A DNA stretch of 64,000 nt from Thainema sp. (GTDB lineage: Bacteria; Cyanobacteriota; Cyanobacteriia; Phormidesmidales; Phormidesmidaceae). The notes below the pieces were generated by a model. It did not search any database, was not told the DNA's origin, and was given only the letters and a program-made list of their open reading frames with translations. Positions 61,635 through 64,000 of the stretch are shown here, one piece after another. Numbering within the stretch: the stretch's first letter is position 1; each line of letters opens with the position of its first letter. Location of the stretch: contig JBQLZK010000001.1 of assembly GCA_052168235.1 (NCBI GenBank), positions 64,001-128,000 on the forward strand, written 5' to 3'. The position numbers and the translations under genes were made by a program.

Positions 61635-63533
61635 GTGATTCATGACGACGGTATTAGTAACAAGTCGGGCAATCGTCCATTTGAGGACGTTCTGCGAGTT
61701 CGGATGTCCCGACGCAATGTATTGGTGCGCGGAGCAGCCCTATCAGCCACTGGCTTTTTAGCGGCGTTGGCCGGTAACAAAGCATTGGTTGGGCGAGCAG
61801 TTGCGGCAACCAATGCTTCTGAATCGAGTACTGTTATCGGTAGTGGGATTGGTAGTGGTACCCAAATTGCCCAGAACAGCAGCCTGATTAATTTCCCGTT
61901 TGTGCCTCCTGCTGAGAGTGCTGGTGCTGTACCGGCTATTTCGACAGATTATCAATACGAGGTGCTGATTCCCTGGGGTACCCCAATTCAGCCCGGTGGT
62001 CCGAGCTACGATGGTGAACCCAATACCCGTCCCACTGCCAATGAACAAACGGAAATGGTGGGGATTGGTCATGACGGCATGTGGTTCTTCCCGATCGACG
62101 ACAGCAACGACCACGGCATGTTAGCCATCAACCACGAATTTGGAACAAACGACCATGTTTTAGGCAAGGCAGAGCCAGATAGTTTGGCAGATGTGCGGCT
62201 TTCCCAGCATGCTCACGGCGTTGCGGTGGTGGAGATCAAGAAAGTCAACGGTAGCTGGCAAAACGTCCAGAGCAGCAATGCCCGCCGCATTCATGTCAAC
62301 ACTCCAGTCACCTTCAGTGGGCCTGCTGCTGGTAGCGATCTACTCAAGACTGCTGCAGGCAATAGTCCTCTAGGGACAGTTAACAATTGTGCTAACGGGT
62401 ACACTCCTTGGGGAACATACCTCACCTGTGAGGAGAATTTCAACGGCTACTTTGGAGCCTCCGGGGACTGGACTCCCACGCCAGCTCAAGAACGCTATGG
62501 TTTCAGCGCTGATGGGTTTGGTTACGGCTGGCATCTGTTCGACTCTCGCTTTGACCTGTCCAATCCTGATTATGTCAACGAAGAAAATCGCTTTGGCTGG
62601 GTTGTTGAGATTGATCCGATGAATGGTTCTCAAACTCCGGTGAAGCGAACCGCTCTAGGCCGATTCAAGCATGAAGGGGTCGCATTCGCTGTGGGCCGAG
62701 GTGGTCGGGCCGTCTGCTATATGGGAGACGACGAGCGCTTTGACTATATCTATAAGTTTGTGTCAGACAGCAATTGGCGCTCCATGCAGGCACGGGGTAT
62801 CAGCCCGTTGGATCGCGGCAAGCTCTATGTTGCTAAGTTTAATGACAATGGCACTGGCGACTGGCTAGAACTCACCGTTGATAATCCAGTTCTAAAAGCT
62901 CAATTCGCCGATCAGGCTGAGATACTGACCTACGCCCGACTGGCAGCAGATGCTCTGGGTGCTACGCCGATGGATCGTCCGGAGTGGACGACGCTGGCAC
63001 CGACAGGTGAAATTTACTGCACCCTGACGAATAACTCTCAACGCCAGGTCGCGGATGCCGCTAATCCTTTGGCACCCAATCCCGATGGTCACATTATCCG
63101 GTTCAAAGATAGCAATCAGCATGTCGGTACTACCTTTACCTGGGACATCTTTGTATTAGCTCAGGACACCTTTAATGATGAAGCCGGTGCCTTTGCTAGC
63201 CCTGATGGTCTCTGGGCTGACCCTGATGGCCGCCTGTTCATCGAAACCGATGGTGGGCAACCAACGGTCAACGGGGTAACGCTTAACGACCAAATGCTGG
63301 TAGCTGACACCAATACGGGTGAGATTCGGCGCATGTTTGCTGGGGTGACAGATTGCGAAATAACCGGAGTCGCAGTGACCCCCAATCGCCGCACCATGTT
63401 CATTAACATCCAGCATCCCGGTAACGGCGACCCTACAGCCACTAACTTCCCTGCGGCCCAGGGCAGTGGCCGGATTCCACGAGATTGCACCATTGTTGTC
63501 ACCAAGAAAGATGGTGGTGTGATTGGCTCCTAG
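61635..63533 (+). CDS. phoX: PhoX family alkaline phosphatase (Tat-exported)
   Basis: SRRNVL Tat motif, GHDGM, NHEF, NNCANGYTPWGTYLTCEEN, GRFKHE, MDRPE, NIQHPG. GTG 61635 after AGGAG. Confidence 0.92.
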   Translation: MIHDDGISNKSGNRPFEDVLRVRMSRRNVLVRGAALSATGFLAALAGNKALVGRAVAATNASESSTVIGSGIGSGTQIAQNSSLINFPFVPPAESAGAVPAISTDYQYEVLIPWGTPIQPGGPSYDGEPNTRPTANEQTEMVGIGHDGMWFFPIDDSNDHGMLAINHEFGTNDHVLGKAEPDSLADVRLSQHAHGVAVVEIKKVNGSWQNVQSSNARRIHVNTPVTFSGPAAGSDLLKTAAGNSPLGTVNNCANGYTPWGTYLTCEENFNGYFGASGDWTPTPAQERYGFSADGFGYGWHLFDSRFDLSNPDYVNEENRFGWVVEIDPMNGSQTPVKRTALGRFKHEGVAFAVGRGGRAVCYMGDDERFDYIYKFVSDSNWRSMQARGISPLDRGKLYVAKFNDNGTGDWLELTVDNPVLKAQFADQAEILTYARLAADALGATPMDRPEWTTLAPTGEIYCTLTNNSQRQVADAANPLAPNPDGHIIRFKDSNQHVGTTFTWDIFVLAQDTFNDEAGAFASPDGLWADPDGRLFIETDGGQPTVNGVTLNDQMLVADTNTGEIRRMFAGVTDCEITGVAVTPNRRTMFINIQHPGNGDPTATNFPAAQGSGRIPRDCTIVVTKKDGGVIGS

Positions 63534-63561
63534 TTCCTGAATCGAGATAACTAAGTTAATC

Positions 63562-63590
63562 GCTGGGGACGATCTCAGATTGTCCCCAGC
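63562..63590 (+). terminator. Hairpin after phoX
   Basis: gctggggacgatct...attgtccccagc. Confidence 0.55.
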
Positions 63591-63834
63591 TATCGGTTTA
63601 AGGCTCGTGGCATTGGACAGCATGGGGTTGAACTGCGATCGCAACTCCTGCTAAAGCCGTTCTCCTGGGTTGGAATGTCGAATATACAAGCTACGTAGAA
63701 GCTTTTTTGAGAAGAATATACATTTGGATATACACACCCATAGATAGAAGCCATCTTTTTGCTTAAGAAGTAGCTAGATCATGGGTAGCGCATGTTACGT
63801 TGCAGTCAACTGTTGTTGTGGTTGAACTGTTGAG

Positions 63835-64000
63835 ATGAAAAAGTCTATAGTTGCTGCATTCCAGCCGCTATTGGCCAAAGCTTCTAAATACGGATTGGCC
63901 TGTCTGACATTGGAGGCGGATAGCTGTCGGATTCAGCCTTGCAGTGATCTGCCAGAATGGTATCTCGTCGCTCAAGACGATCGGTGGTTGCTCGTTGTTC
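63835..64000 (+). CDS. Hypothetical protein (3'-truncated by window edge)
   Basis: Open frame MKKSIVAAFQPLLAKASKYGLACLTLEADSCRIQPCSDLPEWYLVAQDDRWLLVV to the window end. Confidence 0.5.
   Translation, partial: MKKSIVAAFQPLLAKASKYGLACLTLEADSCRIQPCSDLPEWYLVAQDDRWLLVV

Overview
Core-chromosome segment of a filamentous-type cyanobacterium, judged from psbDC, ycf4, rpaA, sigF and very frequent HIP1 GCGATCGC (often extended to TGCGATCGCA). Most of it is housekeeping: Ycf46-like AAA ATPase, CruP-like flavoprotein, FabF-like synthase, cyclophilin, ycf4, psbD-psbC, lpxA, UPF0182, prfC, a GAF/PAS-GGDEF-EAL protein, LD-carboxypeptidase, two identical tRNA-Asn genes, rpaA, gnd, a Ctp protease, amino-acid ABC genes, proS, ftsY, aspC-like, an SmtB/ZiaR plus P1B-ATPase pair and sigF. 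It ends in an organic-phosphate scavenging cluster (two large RTX-tailed multi-phosphatases plus PhoX). I saw no transposase, integrase, CRISPR array or phage gene. The most unusual signals are: (1) an AT-rich in-frame cassette adding about 85 aa inside the editing domain of prolyl-tRNA synthetase; (2) a set of 90-150 bp non-autonomous elements sharing a 'short TIR plus long internal hairpin' design, including a pair whose hairpin loop is flipped; (3) REP/heptamer repeat DNA translated in frame inside a lipoate ligase; (4) two GDPD domains nested inside a phytase-like domain, with patches of near-identical DNA; (5) a PDZ-like insert in an ABC permease; (6) a 51-aa PirA-like gene with an NtcA box that the ORF track misses. 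All family assignments come from motif recognition by eye; no searches were run.
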